From the NCBI GenBank assembly GCA_964529575.1, contig CAZGXF010000002.1, positions 1-61,785 of the forward strand: a stretch of DNA of 61,785 bases, given 5' to 3'. A program made the position numbers and the translations under genes. Below are positions 1 to 10,989 of the stretch, piece by piece. The notes beneath the pieces are model-generated. The model had not been told where the DNA came from. It made no database searches and saw only the letters and a program-made list of their open reading frames with translations. This DNA comes from an uncultured bacterium (GTDB taxonomy: Bacteria; Deinococcota; Deinococci; Deinococcales; Trueperaceae). Within the stretch, counting starts at the first letter, position 1. Each line of letters opens with the position of its first letter.

Positions 1-54
1 CCTCAGGAAGGGCTGCTCGATCGAGCGCAGGATGGCGCCTTTGTTGTACTTCAT
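1..54 (-). CDS. partial CDS (first 18 codons only), product unknown
   Basis: An ATG at 54-52 on the minus strand opens the frame MKYNKGAILRSIEQPFLR, which runs off the window edge. Third positions are mostly G/C. It is absent from the ORF track because it is truncated. Confidence 0.3.
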   Translation of the reverse strand, partial: MKYNKGAILRSIEQPFLR

Positions 55-232
55 CTCAGGTTCTCGATTCCCGGTGGGCTACCGTTGACGTTGCCGTGAC
101 GGTGCCGCCGCTCGTGGCCTGGGCCAGGCGGCCGGCAAAGCCTTGGTATCTTAGCCGAACGGGCCGAACCCTTTCAACCGCCGGGCACATGGGCACGGCG
201 CGACCGGGGCACGGCCCGGCGGAGGCCACGGC

Positions 233-1237
233 TTGCCAGTACCGACGCGCGGGGTCCACCACGTCTCCGGCATGAGCGGCCGGCCCCAAGAGACCATCGA
301 GTTCTACTTCAGGGTCATGGGCCTGCGGCTCGTGAAGCGCACGGTCAACTACGACGACCCCCGCACCTACCACCTCTACTTCGGCGACGCCTCCGGCCAC
401 CCCGGCAGCGTGCTGACGTTCTTCCCCTGGCCTGGCGCGGGGCCGGGTCACCCGGGCAGCGGCACCGCCGAGGTCGCGCTCAGGGTGCCGCGCGGCGCCC
501 TCCCCTACTGGCGCGAGCGGCTGGCGGCGCGGGGCGCGGCGGTGGAGACGGTCGAGAGGCTGGGGCGTGAGGTCGTGGCCTTCGCCGACCCGGACGGGAC
601 GCGCCTGGCCCTGGTCGAGGGCGACGAGCCGCCGCTCCCCGCCCCGCCCCCGGACGCCGATCCCGCCAGCCTCCTGACGCCGACGCGCTACTTCCCCGCC
701 GCGGGGATCGCGCCCGAGCACGCCGTGCTCTGCGTCGACGCCGTCACCTACCTCGCGCCCGACGTCGCGGCCGCGGAGGAGCTCCTCACCCGGCTCTTGG
801 CCTTGGCGGTGACGGCCCGTGACGAGGACCGCGTACGCCTGGCCCCCGTCGGCGCGGGCGAGGACGCGCCGCGGGCCTTGGAGCTCGTGCGCTCGCCAGG
901 CGGCGTGGGCAGGCTCGGCCGCGGCAGCTACCATCACGTGGCCTTCGAGGTCGAGGACGAGGCCGCCCTCGAGGAGGGGAAGCGCCTGGTCATGGGCGCG
1001 GGGATCGCCACCACCAGGGTCCTCGACAGGACCTACTTCAAGAGCGTCTACTTCGCCGGCCCGGGCGGCGCCACCGTGGAGCTCGCCACGCGGGGGCCAG
1101 GCTTCACCGTCGACGAGCCGTTCACCGAGCTGGGCCTCGCCCTCAAGCTGCCCTCGTGGCTCGAGGCCGAGAGGCAGCTCATCCGCGCCCAGCTACCCGT
1201 GACGGTCAGCCCCGAGTACTCGCACCTGTACGGATGA
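233..1237 (+). CDS. VOC-family (glyoxalase/extradiol ring-cleaving dioxygenase type) protein
   Basis: 334-aa ORF. GVHHVS...FYFRVMGLRLVKRTVNYDDPRTYHLYFGD and a second HHVAFEV module give the duplicated vicinal-oxygen-chelate signature. TTG 233 is the first in-frame start; the true start is uncertain. Confidence 0.85.
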   Translation: MPVPTRGVHHVSGMSGRPQETIEFYFRVMGLRLVKRTVNYDDPRTYHLYFGDASGHPGSVLTFFPWPGAGPGHPGSGTAEVALRVPRGALPYWRERLAARGAAVETVERLGREVVAFADPDGTRLALVEGDEPPLPAPPPDADPASLLTPTRYFPAAGIAPEHAVLCVDAVTYLAPDVAAAEELLTRLLALAVTARDEDRVRLAPVGAGEDAPRALELVRSPGGVGRLGRGSYHHVAFEVEDEAALEEGKRLVMGAGIATTRVLDRTYFKSVYFAGPGGATVELATRGPGFTVDEPFTELGLALKLPSWLEAERQLIRAQLPVTVSPEYSHLYG

Positions 1238-2256
1238 GGCGCGGGGCCTGGCTGGCGCTCCTGTTCGGCGTTGGGGGCCTCGCGGTCACCATGTGGCTCC
1301 TGGGCGGGAGCCTCGCCTCGCTCGGGCGCGTGCCGGCGTGGGCGTTCCTCGTCGGGACGGCGCTGGTGGTCGTCAACTACCTGGCCGCCGGCGTGCGGCT
1401 GCGGCTCCTCACCCACCTGGGCGGCCACCCGCTGCCCATGTCGGCCTGCCTGCGGGCCTACGCCCTCGGGCTCTTCAGCGCCGCCATCACACCCGGGAGC
1501 GCCGGGCAGGCCCCCGCCGTGGCCCTCGCGCTGGTCCGCGGGGGGCTCAGCGGGGCCGCGGCGTGGTCGCTGAACGTCTACGTGTGGGTGCTGGACCTCG
1601 CGTTCCTCACCTACTCGGTGCCGCTCAGCCTCCTGCTCATCGGTCGCTCGGTGGTCGACCTCTCCACCGCCCAGCTGTGGGCCTTCGCGGGCGTGGTGGC
1701 CGCTCTCGCCGCCTTCCTGATGTGGGTCCTCACGGTGAGGTTGCGCTGGGTCACCCAGCTGGGCCGCGGGCTCTTCCGCCTGCGCTGGCTGGGCCGCTGG
1801 CGGGCCTCGGCCGTCCAGTTCTTCGACCGCGTCGAGGCAGCGTCCGACGAGATCATGCGCGGCACGCCCGCCCAGCGCCTCGCCCTCCACGCGCTCACGG
1901 CGGTCGTCTACCTCACCACGCTGTCGACCTTCTGGGTGATGGTCGTCGCGGTGCGGCCGGGGACGCCCTTCCTCACGACGCTCGCCGTCGCCCAGCTCCC
2001 CACGGTGCTGGCGACCTTCATGCCCACGCCGGGCGGCGCCGGCCTCCTCGAGATCTTCACGGCCTCGCTGTTCCTGGCCGGCCCCGCGGACAGGCCCGGC
2101 GCGGGCCCCGACAGGGCGGCCGCCGGCACCGTCGCCGCGGCGATACTCGGCTGGCGTCTGCTGACCTTCTACTCGCGGTTCGTGATCGGGCCCATCGCGG
2201 GCGCCACGTTCGCGCGTCCCCCGGCGGAGCCGGCCGGCGAGGCCGAGGCCGGCTGA
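1234..2256 (+). CDS. UPF0104 / flippase-like (lysyl-PG synthase TM-region-like) membrane protein
   Basis: ATG 1234 overlaps the upstream stop (ATGA). The protein is a multi-TM Ala/Leu/Gly-rich polypeptide with a TPGGAGLLE-type motif. The track start at 1156 is treated as an upstream extension. Confidence 0.75.
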   Translation: MRRGAWLALLFGVGGLAVTMWLLGGSLASLGRVPAWAFLVGTALVVVNYLAAGVRLRLLTHLGGHPLPMSACLRAYALGLFSAAITPGSAGQAPAVALALVRGGLSGAAAWSLNVYVWVLDLAFLTYSVPLSLLLIGRSVVDLSTAQLWAFAGVVAALAAFLMWVLTVRLRWVTQLGRGLFRLRWLGRWRASAVQFFDRVEAASDEIMRGTPAQRLALHALTAVVYLTTLSTFWVMVVAVRPGTPFLTTLAVAQLPTVLATFMPTPGGAGLLEIFTASLFLAGPADRPGAGPDRAAAGTVAAAILGWRLLTFYSRFVIGPIAGATFARPPAEPAGEAEAG

Positions 2257-2263
2257 GCGCCCG

Positions 2264-3325
2264 TCAGCGCCGCCACGGCATCACGCGCCGCTCGACCGCC
2301 TGCAGCAGCGCCGTGAGGCCTACGCCCAGGCCCATGATCACCACCAGCGCCGCGTACATCTTCGGCGTCGAGAGCACCTGCCAGTGGTAGTAGACGAGGT
2401 ACCCCACGCCCGTCTGCGAGCGCACGAACTCCACCGCCACGATGACCACCAGCGCCGTGCCGAGGGCGAGCCGCAGGCCGTTGAAGACGATCGGCAGCGC
2501 GCCGGGCAGGATCACGTGCCTGAACATCTGCCACCGGTTCGCGCCGAAGTTCCTGCCGGCCTGCACCAGCACGGGGTCGATGCCCTGCACGCCCGCCATC
2601 GTCGAGAGCGCCACCAGGAAGAACGCCGAGATGGCCACGACGGTGACCTTCGGACCCTCGCCGAACGGGTCGGCGAAGACGAGCATCAGCAGGGGGAACA
2701 CGGCGATCTTCGGCAGGACGTAGACGGCGGACATGGTGGCGTCCAGCATCGTCCGCACGGTCCGGTTCAGGCCCATGACGATGCCGATGAGCACGCCGGG
2801 CGCCGCGCCCAGCAGGAAGCCGAAGAGCACGCGCGCGAGCGTCGCCCACAGGTGGCTCTCGGCGAACGTGGCCCTCACGCCGGCCCAGCCGGACTCGGCC
2901 ACGCGCGCGGGCAGCAGCCAGGGCCGGCCGAGGAGCGAGTGGCCGCTGAAGCGGTCGGCGTTGACCGTCAGGTCCCAGAGCGCGGCCAGGATGGTGGTGG
3001 GCGGCGGGAACCAGCGGGCGTTGAGGACGCCGCTCCGCGACAGCCACTCCCAAGCGCACAGCAGGAGCAACGGGAACAGCCAGGCCAGCGCGCTCTGGTA
3101 GCCGCGCTGCAGCCGGAACGGCAGGCGTCGCTCCAGCGCCTCGGCGGCGAACACGAAGAGCGTGAACTCGGCGGCCAGCAAGGCCCACCACCACTCGCGC
3201 CACAGGCCGAGAGCCGTGCCGATGAGGGCGACGACGGCCATCGCCCCGAGGGGCAGGGCCAGGTCGCCGACAGGTGGCGCCCTGCGGCCCGGCGGCGTCG
3301 CGGCGCGGGCACGGGTCGCGCTCAC
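2264..3325 (-). CDS. NitT/TauT-family ABC transporter permease
   Basis: The ...FGANRWQMFRHVILPGALPIVFNGLRLALGTALVVIVAVEF segment is the typical EAA-loop region of SsuC/TauC-like permeases. It lies in an operon with the ATPase and binding protein. The start (GTG 3325 versus an internal ATG) is uncertain. Confidence 0.85.
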   Translation of the reverse strand: MSATRARAATPPGRRAPPVGDLALPLGAMAVVALIGTALGLWREWWWALLAAEFTLFVFAAEALERRLPFRLQRGYQSALAWLFPLLLLCAWEWLSRSGVLNARWFPPPTTILAALWDLTVNADRFSGHSLLGRPWLLPARVAESGWAGVRATFAESHLWATLARVLFGFLLGAAPGVLIGIVMGLNRTVRTMLDATMSAVYVLPKIAVFPLLMLVFADPFGEGPKVTVVAISAFFLVALSTMAGVQGIDPVLVQAGRNFGANRWQMFRHVILPGALPIVFNGLRLALGTALVVIVAVEFVRSQTGVGYLVYYHWQVLSTPKMYAALVVIMGLGVGLTALLQAVERRVMPWRR

Positions 3326-3383
3326 GGGCGGCCCCAGCCGGCGGCGAGGCCCGCCGCCCTGGTCCGACTAGGCCGTACGGCCC

Positions 3384-4178
3384 TCACGCCTGCGCCTCCA
3401 TGGCGCGCCTGACCTCGTCGCGCAGCTCGGCCCAGATGGCGCCCGTCAGCTCGGCGAAGCGCGGGCTCTGGGTGGTGGTCAGGTCGCGCGGGCGCGGCAG
3501 GTCGACGACGAACTCCGCCTTCTTGGTGCCGGGGTGCGCGGTCATGAGCACGACCCTGTCGCCCAGCAGCACCGCCTCCTCGATGGAGTGCGTCACGTAG
3601 AGGACGGTCTTGTGGGTCTCCTCCCAGAGGCGCAGCAGCTCCTCCTGGAGCACGGCGCGGGTCTGGGCGTCGAGCGCCCCCAGCGGCTCGTCCATCAGCA
3701 GCACCTGCGGGTCGTTGGCCAGCGCCCTGGCGATCGAGACCCGCTGCTTCATGCCGCCCGAGATCTGCGCGGGGTAGTAGTCGGCGAAGCGCTTGAGGCC
3801 GACCTTCGACAGCCAGCGCTCCGCCAGCTCGTGACGCTCGGCGCGCGGCAGGCCGCGCATCTGCAGGCCGAAGGCGACGTTGTCGCGCACCGTCTTCCAG
3901 GGGAAGACCGCGTACTCCTGGAAGACGACGTTGTTCAGCGGCCGGCTGGGGTCGGGCCCGGGGACGATGTACGCCTCGCCGCCCGAGAGAGAGTCGAGGC
4001 CGGCGAGGATGCGCAGGAACGTCGACTTCCCGCACCCGGAGGGCCCCACCAGGCAGACGAACTCGCCCTCGCGGACCTCCAGGTCGAAGTCGACGATCGC
4101 CGGCACGTCGCCCGCGAGGGACGGGTAGACCTTCCGCGCCGCCCGCGCGACGACCTTGGGCTCCACTCGTCCTCTCAC
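3384..4178 (-). CDS. NitT/TauT-family ABC transporter ATP-binding protein
   Basis: Walker A GPSGCGKST, signature ISGGMKQRVSIARAL and Walker B LLMDEPLGALD are all present. Confidence 0.93.
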   Translation of the reverse strand: MRGRVEPKVVARAARKVYPSLAGDVPAIVDFDLEVREGEFVCLVGPSGCGKSTFLRILAGLDSLSGGEAYIVPGPDPSRPLNNVVFQEYAVFPWKTVRDNVAFGLQMRGLPRAERHELAERWLSKVGLKRFADYYPAQISGGMKQRVSIARALANDPQVLLMDEPLGALDAQTRAVLQEELLRLWEETHKTVLYVTHSIEEAVLLGDRVVLMTAHPGTKKAEFVVDLPRPRDLTTTQSPRFAELTGAIWAELRDEVRRAMEAQA

Positions 4179-4239
4179 CTCTCAGGGGAAGCGGCCGGGC
4201 GCGAGCATGGGCGCCGCCCGGCCGCCGACTAGGGCCAGG

Positions 4240-5280
4240 TTACTCCTGGTAGGGGCCGGCCATCTCCAGCGCCCACTCGGCGTACTCGGTGACGATGACC
4301 TTCGAGAGGTCGATGGGCTCGTCGTAGTCGGTGCGGCCGTTCTCGCGGTGCACGCGCTCGACGTCGGCGAGGCCGTCGACGGGGATCGCCAGGTCCGGGT
4401 CGTAGAGGACGGGCGTGCCGGTGCGGACGGCCTCCTCGGTCGAGTTCACGTAGGTGAGGTAGGCGGCGATGTTCTCCGGTGCGAGGTAGTCGTCGCCCTG
4501 CATCAGGCGCGCGGCCTCGAGGAGCGCCAGCGCGAAGCGCTGCGCGACCTCGGGGCGGTTCTCGAGGAAGTTCCCGGAGCCCACGAACGCCACGGTCATC
4601 AGGCCGGGCACGAGGTCGTTCGCGATGGTGACGGCGGTGCCGTCGGCCTCGATCTGCTCGGCGTAGGGCGAGCCGAGGAGGGCGGCGTCGATCGAGCCGT
4701 TCGCGAAGGCGGCCGGCATGTCGGCGTTCGCCAGGTCGATGGCCCGCACGTCGCGGATCGTCAAGCCGCCGCGCTCGAGGGCCTTCGCGGTCAGGTACTC
4801 CCCTCCCGAGCCGGGGCCGCCGGCCATGGCGACGGTGCGGCCGCGCAGCTCCTCGATGGTGTCCACGGCGCCGGAGTCGTAGAGGTCCTTGCGCACCATG
4901 AACTTCGTGGGGCTGTTCTCGAACGGCTCGAGGCCGCCGGGGGCGAAGACCCTCACGTCGATGCCCTGGTTCCAGCCGTTCCACAGCGAGGTGACGATGG
5001 CGATGCCGCCCACGTCGATCTGGCCCTGCTCGAGGAACGCGATGGCCTCGGTGCCGGAGGCGACGATGTCGATGTCGACGTCCAGGCCGTACTTCTCGAA
5101 CAGGCCGCGCTCGGCGGCGACGTACAGGGTGGCGAACTTGAGGATCGGCACCACGGCCACCCGCACCTGCTCGGGCGGGTCGAGGGGCGCCACGGGCTGC
5201 TGGGCGCCGGCGGCGCTCACCAGCAACGGGCCGGCGACGAGCGCGGCCGCCACGATCTGACGGAGCTTGCCGAAGGACAT
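4240..5280 (-). CDS. NMT1/THI5-like ABC transporter substrate-binding protein
   Basis: The start is moved to ATG 5280 (residue 64 of the track ORF), which gives the signal peptide MSFGKLRQIVAAALVAGPLLVSAAGAQQ. It is the first gene of the transporter operon. Confidence 0.85.
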   Translation of the reverse strand: MSFGKLRQIVAAALVAGPLLVSAAGAQQPVAPLDPPEQVRVAVVPILKFATLYVAAERGLFEKYGLDVDIDIVASGTEAIAFLEQGQIDVGGIAIVTSLWNGWNQGIDVRVFAPGGLEPFENSPTKFMVRKDLYDSGAVDTIEELRGRTVAMAGGPGSGGEYLTAKALERGGLTIRDVRAIDLANADMPAAFANGSIDAALLGSPYAEQIEADGTAVTIANDLVPGLMTVAFVGSGNFLENRPEVAQRFALALLEAARLMQGDDYLAPENIAAYLTYVNSTEEAVRTGTPVLYDPDLAIPVDGLADVERVHRENGRTDYDEPIDLSKVIVTEYAEWALEMAGPYQE

Positions 5281-5458
5281 GCGCTTCCTCCCAGGGGCAC
5301 CGCGCCCGGAAGGGGCGGCGGGCGGGTTGCGGTAGGGGCACATAGTAACGCCGCGACCCCGGCGGGTACCTTCGTCCCAGGCCGGGAGGCCCTTAACGCC
5401 GTTATCATCGCCGGGTGATGGCGCGCCCGACCGCCGTGGCGCCGCGCGAGGCGGCCGC

Positions 5459-6163
5459 ATGACCCCCACGCTGCCCCTGGCCTTCGCCGCCGGCGTCCTC
5501 TCGTTCCTCTCACCCTGCGTCCTGCCGCTCGTGCCCAGCTACCTGGCGTACGTGGGCGGCAGCGCGCAGGCCGAGCGCCGGGTCGTGGTGCGCAACGGCC
5601 TCTTCTTCGTCCTCGGCTTCGGGCTGGTGTTCGTGGCGTTGGGGGCCTCGGCGAGCTTCCTCGGCTCCCTACTGCGCTCGCAGAAGGACCTCCTCACGGT
5701 CGTGGGCGGCGTGCTGGTCATCGCCTTCGGGCTGGTGATGCTGGGCGTGATCAAGGTGCCGTTCCTCTACCGCGACTCGCGGCCCCAGTTCCGCGGCGAG
5801 ACGAACACGCCGTTCGGCGCCCTGCTGCTCGGCATGGCCTTCGCCGCCGGGTGGACGCCGTGCATCGGGCCCATCCTGGGCGGCATCCTCACGCTCGCGG
5901 GCGCCAGCGGCACCCTGGGCCAGGGCGTGGGCCTGCTGGCCGTCTACTCGCTGGGCTTGGCGGTGCCGTTCCTCCTCGCCGCCCTGCTGATCGGGCCGTT
6001 CATGCAGTTCTCGAAGGGTTTCAGGCGCTACCTGCCCTGGGTGGAGCGCGTCGCCGGGGGCATCCTGCTCGTCGCCGGCGTGCTCATGGTCACCGGCACG
6101 TACACGACGATCAACGCCTACCTCATCAGGATCACGCCGGACTGGCTGATCTCGCGCCTATGA
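5459..6163 (+). CDS. ccdA: cytochrome c biogenesis thiol-reductant transporter CcdA (DsbD-TM family)
   Basis: A six-TM protein with the LSPCVLP and TPCIGP cysteine motifs. Its stop overlaps the ccmA start (ATGA). Confidence 0.9.
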   Translation: MTPTLPLAFAAGVLSFLSPCVLPLVPSYLAYVGGSAQAERRVVVRNGLFFVLGFGLVFVALGASASFLGSLLRSQKDLLTVVGGVLVIAFGLVMLGVIKVPFLYRDSRPQFRGETNTPFGALLLGMAFAAGWTPCIGPILGGILTLAGASGTLGQGVGLLAVYSLGLAVPFLLAALLIGPFMQFSKGFRRYLPWVERVAGGILLVAGVLMVTGTYTTINAYLIRITPDWLISRL

Positions 6164-6888
6164 CCCTGGCCGCGACCCAGGGCGCCCCGCAGGGGGCGGC
6201 CGGAGGGGGGACCGCGCCGGCGGTCAGCCTCCGCGGCGTGGTCAGGCGCATGGGCCGCGACACCGTCCTCCGTGGCGTCGACGTCGACGTGGCGCCGGGA
6301 CGGCTCGTGGTCCTGCGCGGCAGCAACGGTTCGGGCAAGACGACGCTGCTGCGCCTGCTGGCCACGCGCCTGCGCCCGCACGCCGGCGAGGGCCGCGTCT
6401 TCGGCCTCGACCTCGTGCGCCAGGCCGAGGCGGTGCGGGCCCGCGTAGGGCTGCTGAGCTCCGCGGGCGGGAGCTACCCCGTGCTGACCGCACGCGAGAA
6501 CCTGCGCCTGGCGCTCGCGCTGGCGGGCAGGCGGCGCGACGAGGGCGAGCTCGCGGAGACGCTGGAGCGTGTGGGCCTGGCCGGCGCCGCCGACAAGCAG
6601 GTGCGCTTCTACTCCAGCGGCATGAAGAAGCGCCTGGGCCTGGCGCGGCAGCTCCTCGTCGACGCCGACCTGTGGCTCCTCGACGAGCCGTACGCCGCGC
6701 TCGACGAGGAGGGCAAGCGCCTCGTGGACGTCAGCCTGGCCGAGGCGCGGGTCCGCGGGCGCACCGTGCTGCTGGCCTCGCACGAGCAGGACCGCCACGA
6801 CCTCGCCCCCGACGCCGTGGTCGAGCTCGTCCAGGGGCGGCTGCGCCTGGCCGGCGCGCCGACGCCTGGCGAGGGGGTGGCGCGGTGA
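6160..6888 (+). CDS. ccmA: haem exporter ATP-binding protein CcmA
   Basis: ATG 6160 is residue 104 of track ORF 5851. Walker A GSNGSGKTT, signature YSSGMKKRLGLA and Walker B WLLDEP are present, and the operon position supports the call. Confidence 0.87.
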   Translation: MTLAATQGAPQGAAGGGTAPAVSLRGVVRRMGRDTVLRGVDVDVAPGRLVVLRGSNGSGKTTLLRLLATRLRPHAGEGRVFGLDLVRQAEAVRARVGLLSSAGGSYPVLTARENLRLALALAGRRRDEGELAETLERVGLAGAADKQVRFYSSGMKKRLGLARQLLVDADLWLLDEPYAALDEEGKRLVDVSLAEARVRGRTVLLASHEQDRHDLAPDAVVELVQGRLRLAGAPTPGEGVAR

Positions 6889-7565
6889 GCGACCTGGGCG
6901 CGGTGCTGGCCGTCGCGCGCAAGGACCTGCTCCAGGAGCTGCGCAGCAAGGCCGCCACCGTCGCCACGGTGTTCTTCACCGGCACGACGCTGCTGATGAT
7001 GGCGTTCGCGCTCGGCCGCGAGCAGGGCGTGTTGGAGCGGTCGGCGCCGGGCGTGCTGTGGGTGGCGCTGGTGTTCGCCGGCGTGACGGCCGCGGCGCAG
7101 AGCTTCCAGGCCGACCTGGAGGACGGCGCCATCGACCACCTCCTCACGTACCCGGTCTCGCGCGCCGCCGTGTACCTGGGCAAGCTGCTGGCGAACTGGG
7201 CCTACCTGGGCGCCCTCGGCCTGCTGCTGGCGCCGGTGGCGACCACGCTGTACGGGGCGGCGCTGCCCGGTGCCGGCGCCGCGGCGCTGCTGGCGCTCAC
7301 CGTCGTGCTCGGGGCGTTCGGGTTCGCGACGGTGGCCACGTTCTACGCGGCGCTCACGTCGAACCTGCAGGCCCGCGAGGCGCTGCTGCCCGTGCTGATG
7401 TTCCCCGTCGTCGTGCCCATCGTCCTCGCGGCGGTGCGCGCCACCGAGTCGCTCATGGGCGGCGCCGTGGGCCCGGTGGGCGACTGGCTGCTGCTCCTGC
7501 TCGGCTTCGACCTCGTCTACTTCGTCGCCTGCGCGTCCCTGTTCCACTTCGTGGTCGACGAGTGA
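6885..7565 (+). CDS. ccmB: haem exporter permease CcmB
   Basis: GTG 6885 overlaps the ccmA stop (GTGA). A six-TM protein beginning VSDLGAVLAVARKDLLQELRSK, typical of the CcmB N-terminus. Confidence 0.85.
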   Translation: MSDLGAVLAVARKDLLQELRSKAATVATVFFTGTTLLMMAFALGREQGVLERSAPGVLWVALVFAGVTAAAQSFQADLEDGAIDHLLTYPVSRAAVYLGKLLANWAYLGALGLLLAPVATTLYGAALPGAGAAALLALTVVLGAFGFATVATFYAALTSNLQAREALLPVLMFPVVVPIVLAAVRATESLMGGAVGPVGDWLLLLLGFDLVYFVACASLFHFVVDE

Positions 7566-7693
7566 TGAAGGTCCGTGGAGGCCACGCCCGGGGTGCTCCT
7601 AGCATCGACCCGACACCGGCCGCGACGGGCGGCGGCCTTACACTTGGGAGCGGCGAACGCCCGCGGCGCCAGCGCCGCCCTTTGGAGAAGAAG

Positions 7694-8434
7694 ATGAACC
7701 GAACGGTCTCGAGCCTGGAGCAGCCACGGAAGCGTCCCCTGTGGCTAACGCTGCTCGGCCTCGCCTGCTTGGTGGGCCTGGGCGTGGGGATGTACCTGGC
7801 GCTCGTCGTGAGCCCGCCCGACGTGAACCAGGGCGAGCTCATCCGCATCATGTACGCGCACGTGTCGGTGGCGTGGATCTGTTTCCTCGCCGTCGCCGTG
7901 GCCGGCTTCTGGTCGGCCCTCTACCTGTGGCGCGGGCGTGAGCGGGACGACGTGCGCGCCGTGGCGAACGCCGAAGCGGCGCTCGTCTACTCGGCCCTGA
8001 CGATCACGGGCGGCATGATCTACAGCAAGCCCACGCTCAACACCTACTGGACGTGGGACGCCAAGCTCACGCTCACGGCCATCATGGTCGCGCTCATCGT
8101 GGGCTACTTCATCGTGCGCGCCCTCATCGACGAGCCCACGCGGCGCGGCCGGGTCTCGGCCGTGATCATGCTGATCGTCGTCATCAGCCTGCCGTTCAAC
8201 TACCTGGCGGCCGAGTGGTTCAGGACGCTCCACCCCGCCAAGAGCGTCAACCTCGACGGCAGCGGCGTCACCATGGACGCCTCCATGCTCCGCGTGCTGC
8301 TGGTGAACGTCGCCGTCGCCGGGCTGATCTACCTCTACTTCGTCTCCGAGCGCGTTCGCATCGGCCTGTTCAAGCTCCCCACCGCGGCGAAGGACGCGGC
8401 GCCCGTGTCCACGGAGGTCGTCCGTGTTGGCTGA
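7694..8434 (+). CDS. ccmC: haem exporter / haem-handling protein CcmC
   Basis: ATG 7694 is residue 213 of track ORF 7058 and is preceded by GGAGAAGAAG. The protein has a W-rich segment (NTYWTWDAKLT) and conserved His residues. Confidence 0.9.
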   Translation: MNRTVSSLEQPRKRPLWLTLLGLACLVGLGVGMYLALVVSPPDVNQGELIRIMYAHVSVAWICFLAVAVAGFWSALYLWRGRERDDVRAVANAEAALVYSALTITGGMIYSKPTLNTYWTWDAKLTLTAIMVALIVGYFIVRALIDEPTRRGRVSAVIMLIVVISLPFNYLAAEWFRTLHPAKSVNLDGSGVTMDASMLRVLLVNVAVAGLIYLYFVSERVRIGLFKLPTAAKDAAPVSTEVVRVG

Positions 8435-8555
8435 CCTGACGCCCAACCAGTGGGTCGCGCTCGCCTGGGTCGAGCTCATCGTCGTCTACGTCGGCTACCT
8501 GCTCTACCTGCGGTGGCTGGAGCGCAAGAAGCCCACAGCGGAAGGTGAGGAGTGA
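8424..8555 (+). CDS. ccmD: small single-TM protein, probable CcmD
   Basis: A 43-codon ORF (VLADLTPNQWVALAWVELIVVYVGYLLYLRWLERKKPTAEGEE) not present in the ORF track. Its start overlaps the ccmC 3' end and its stop overlaps the ccmE start (GTGA). One hydrophobic helix is followed by a basic stretch, as in CcmD. Confidence 0.55.
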   Translation: MLADLTPNQWVALAWVELIVVYVGYLLYLRWLERKKPTAEGEE

Positions 8556-8980
8556 GGAAGAAGGTCGTATACGGGGTCCTGGGGGTGGCCGTGCTGGCCA
8601 TCGCGGGCCTGATGATCGCCCGCGCGCTGCAGACCTCGCTCGTCTACTTCGTCATGCCCAGCGAGTACGCGCGTGACGCGGCGAGCTTCGACGGCAGGCG
8701 CATCCGCCTCGCCGGCCTGGTCGAGCCGGGCAGCGTCTCGTTCGACGACGCCCAGCTCCAGCTCACGTTCAACGTCACGGACGCCATCCAGACGTACCCG
8801 GTGCAGTACGCCGGCGCACCGCCCGACATGTTCCAGGAGAACGGCGGCGTGGTGATCGAGGGCCGCTTCCACGACGGCGTCTTCGTGGGCGACAACCTGC
8901 TCGTGAAGCACAGCAACGACTACCACCCGCCCGAGGACGGTCACGTGGACGTGGAGGCGCTGAAGGAGTCGTTGCGCTGA
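8552..8980 (+). CDS. ccmE: cytochrome c maturation haem chaperone CcmE
   Basis: An N-terminal membrane anchor, an OB-fold region and the haem-binding HxxxY motif (KHSNDYHPPE). Confidence 0.92.
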   Translation: MRKKVVYGVLGVAVLAIAGLMIARALQTSLVYFVMPSEYARDAASFDGRRIRLAGLVEPGSVSFDDAQLQLTFNVTDAIQTYPVQYAGAPPDMFQENGGVVIEGRFHDGVFVGDNLLVKHSNDYHPPEDGHVDVEALKESLR

Positions 8981-8990
8981 GGGGAGAGCC

Positions 8991-10988
<1,998 letters not shown>

Positions 10989-10989
10989 G

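Noticed and set aside
5281-5458. A possible TPP (THI-box) riboswitch upstream of the NMT1/THI5-like binding-protein gene, since ThiXYZ-type transporters are often TPP-regulated.
   Set aside because: The leader lacks the conserved CUGAGA and ACCUGAUCUGGAUAAUGCCAGCG-like elements. Nothing resembling the THI-box was seen, and the same holds upstream of the second NMT1-like gene at 60411.
5851-6159. N-terminal extensions of track ORFs (5851 for ccmA, 6672 for ccmB, 7058 for ccmC, 11456 for ccmI, 13390 for Rieske, 20052 for rpsB, 43679 for dnaK, 45764/47140/50237 for the peptide transporter genes, 54502 and 56670 for the TRAP receptor and CoA-transferase, 34338 for addA).
   Set aside because: The extensions overlap the preceding gene in another frame and are Arg/Pro-rich. 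Internal starts with start/stop overlaps, SDs, signal peptides or family-typical N-termini are much better supported.
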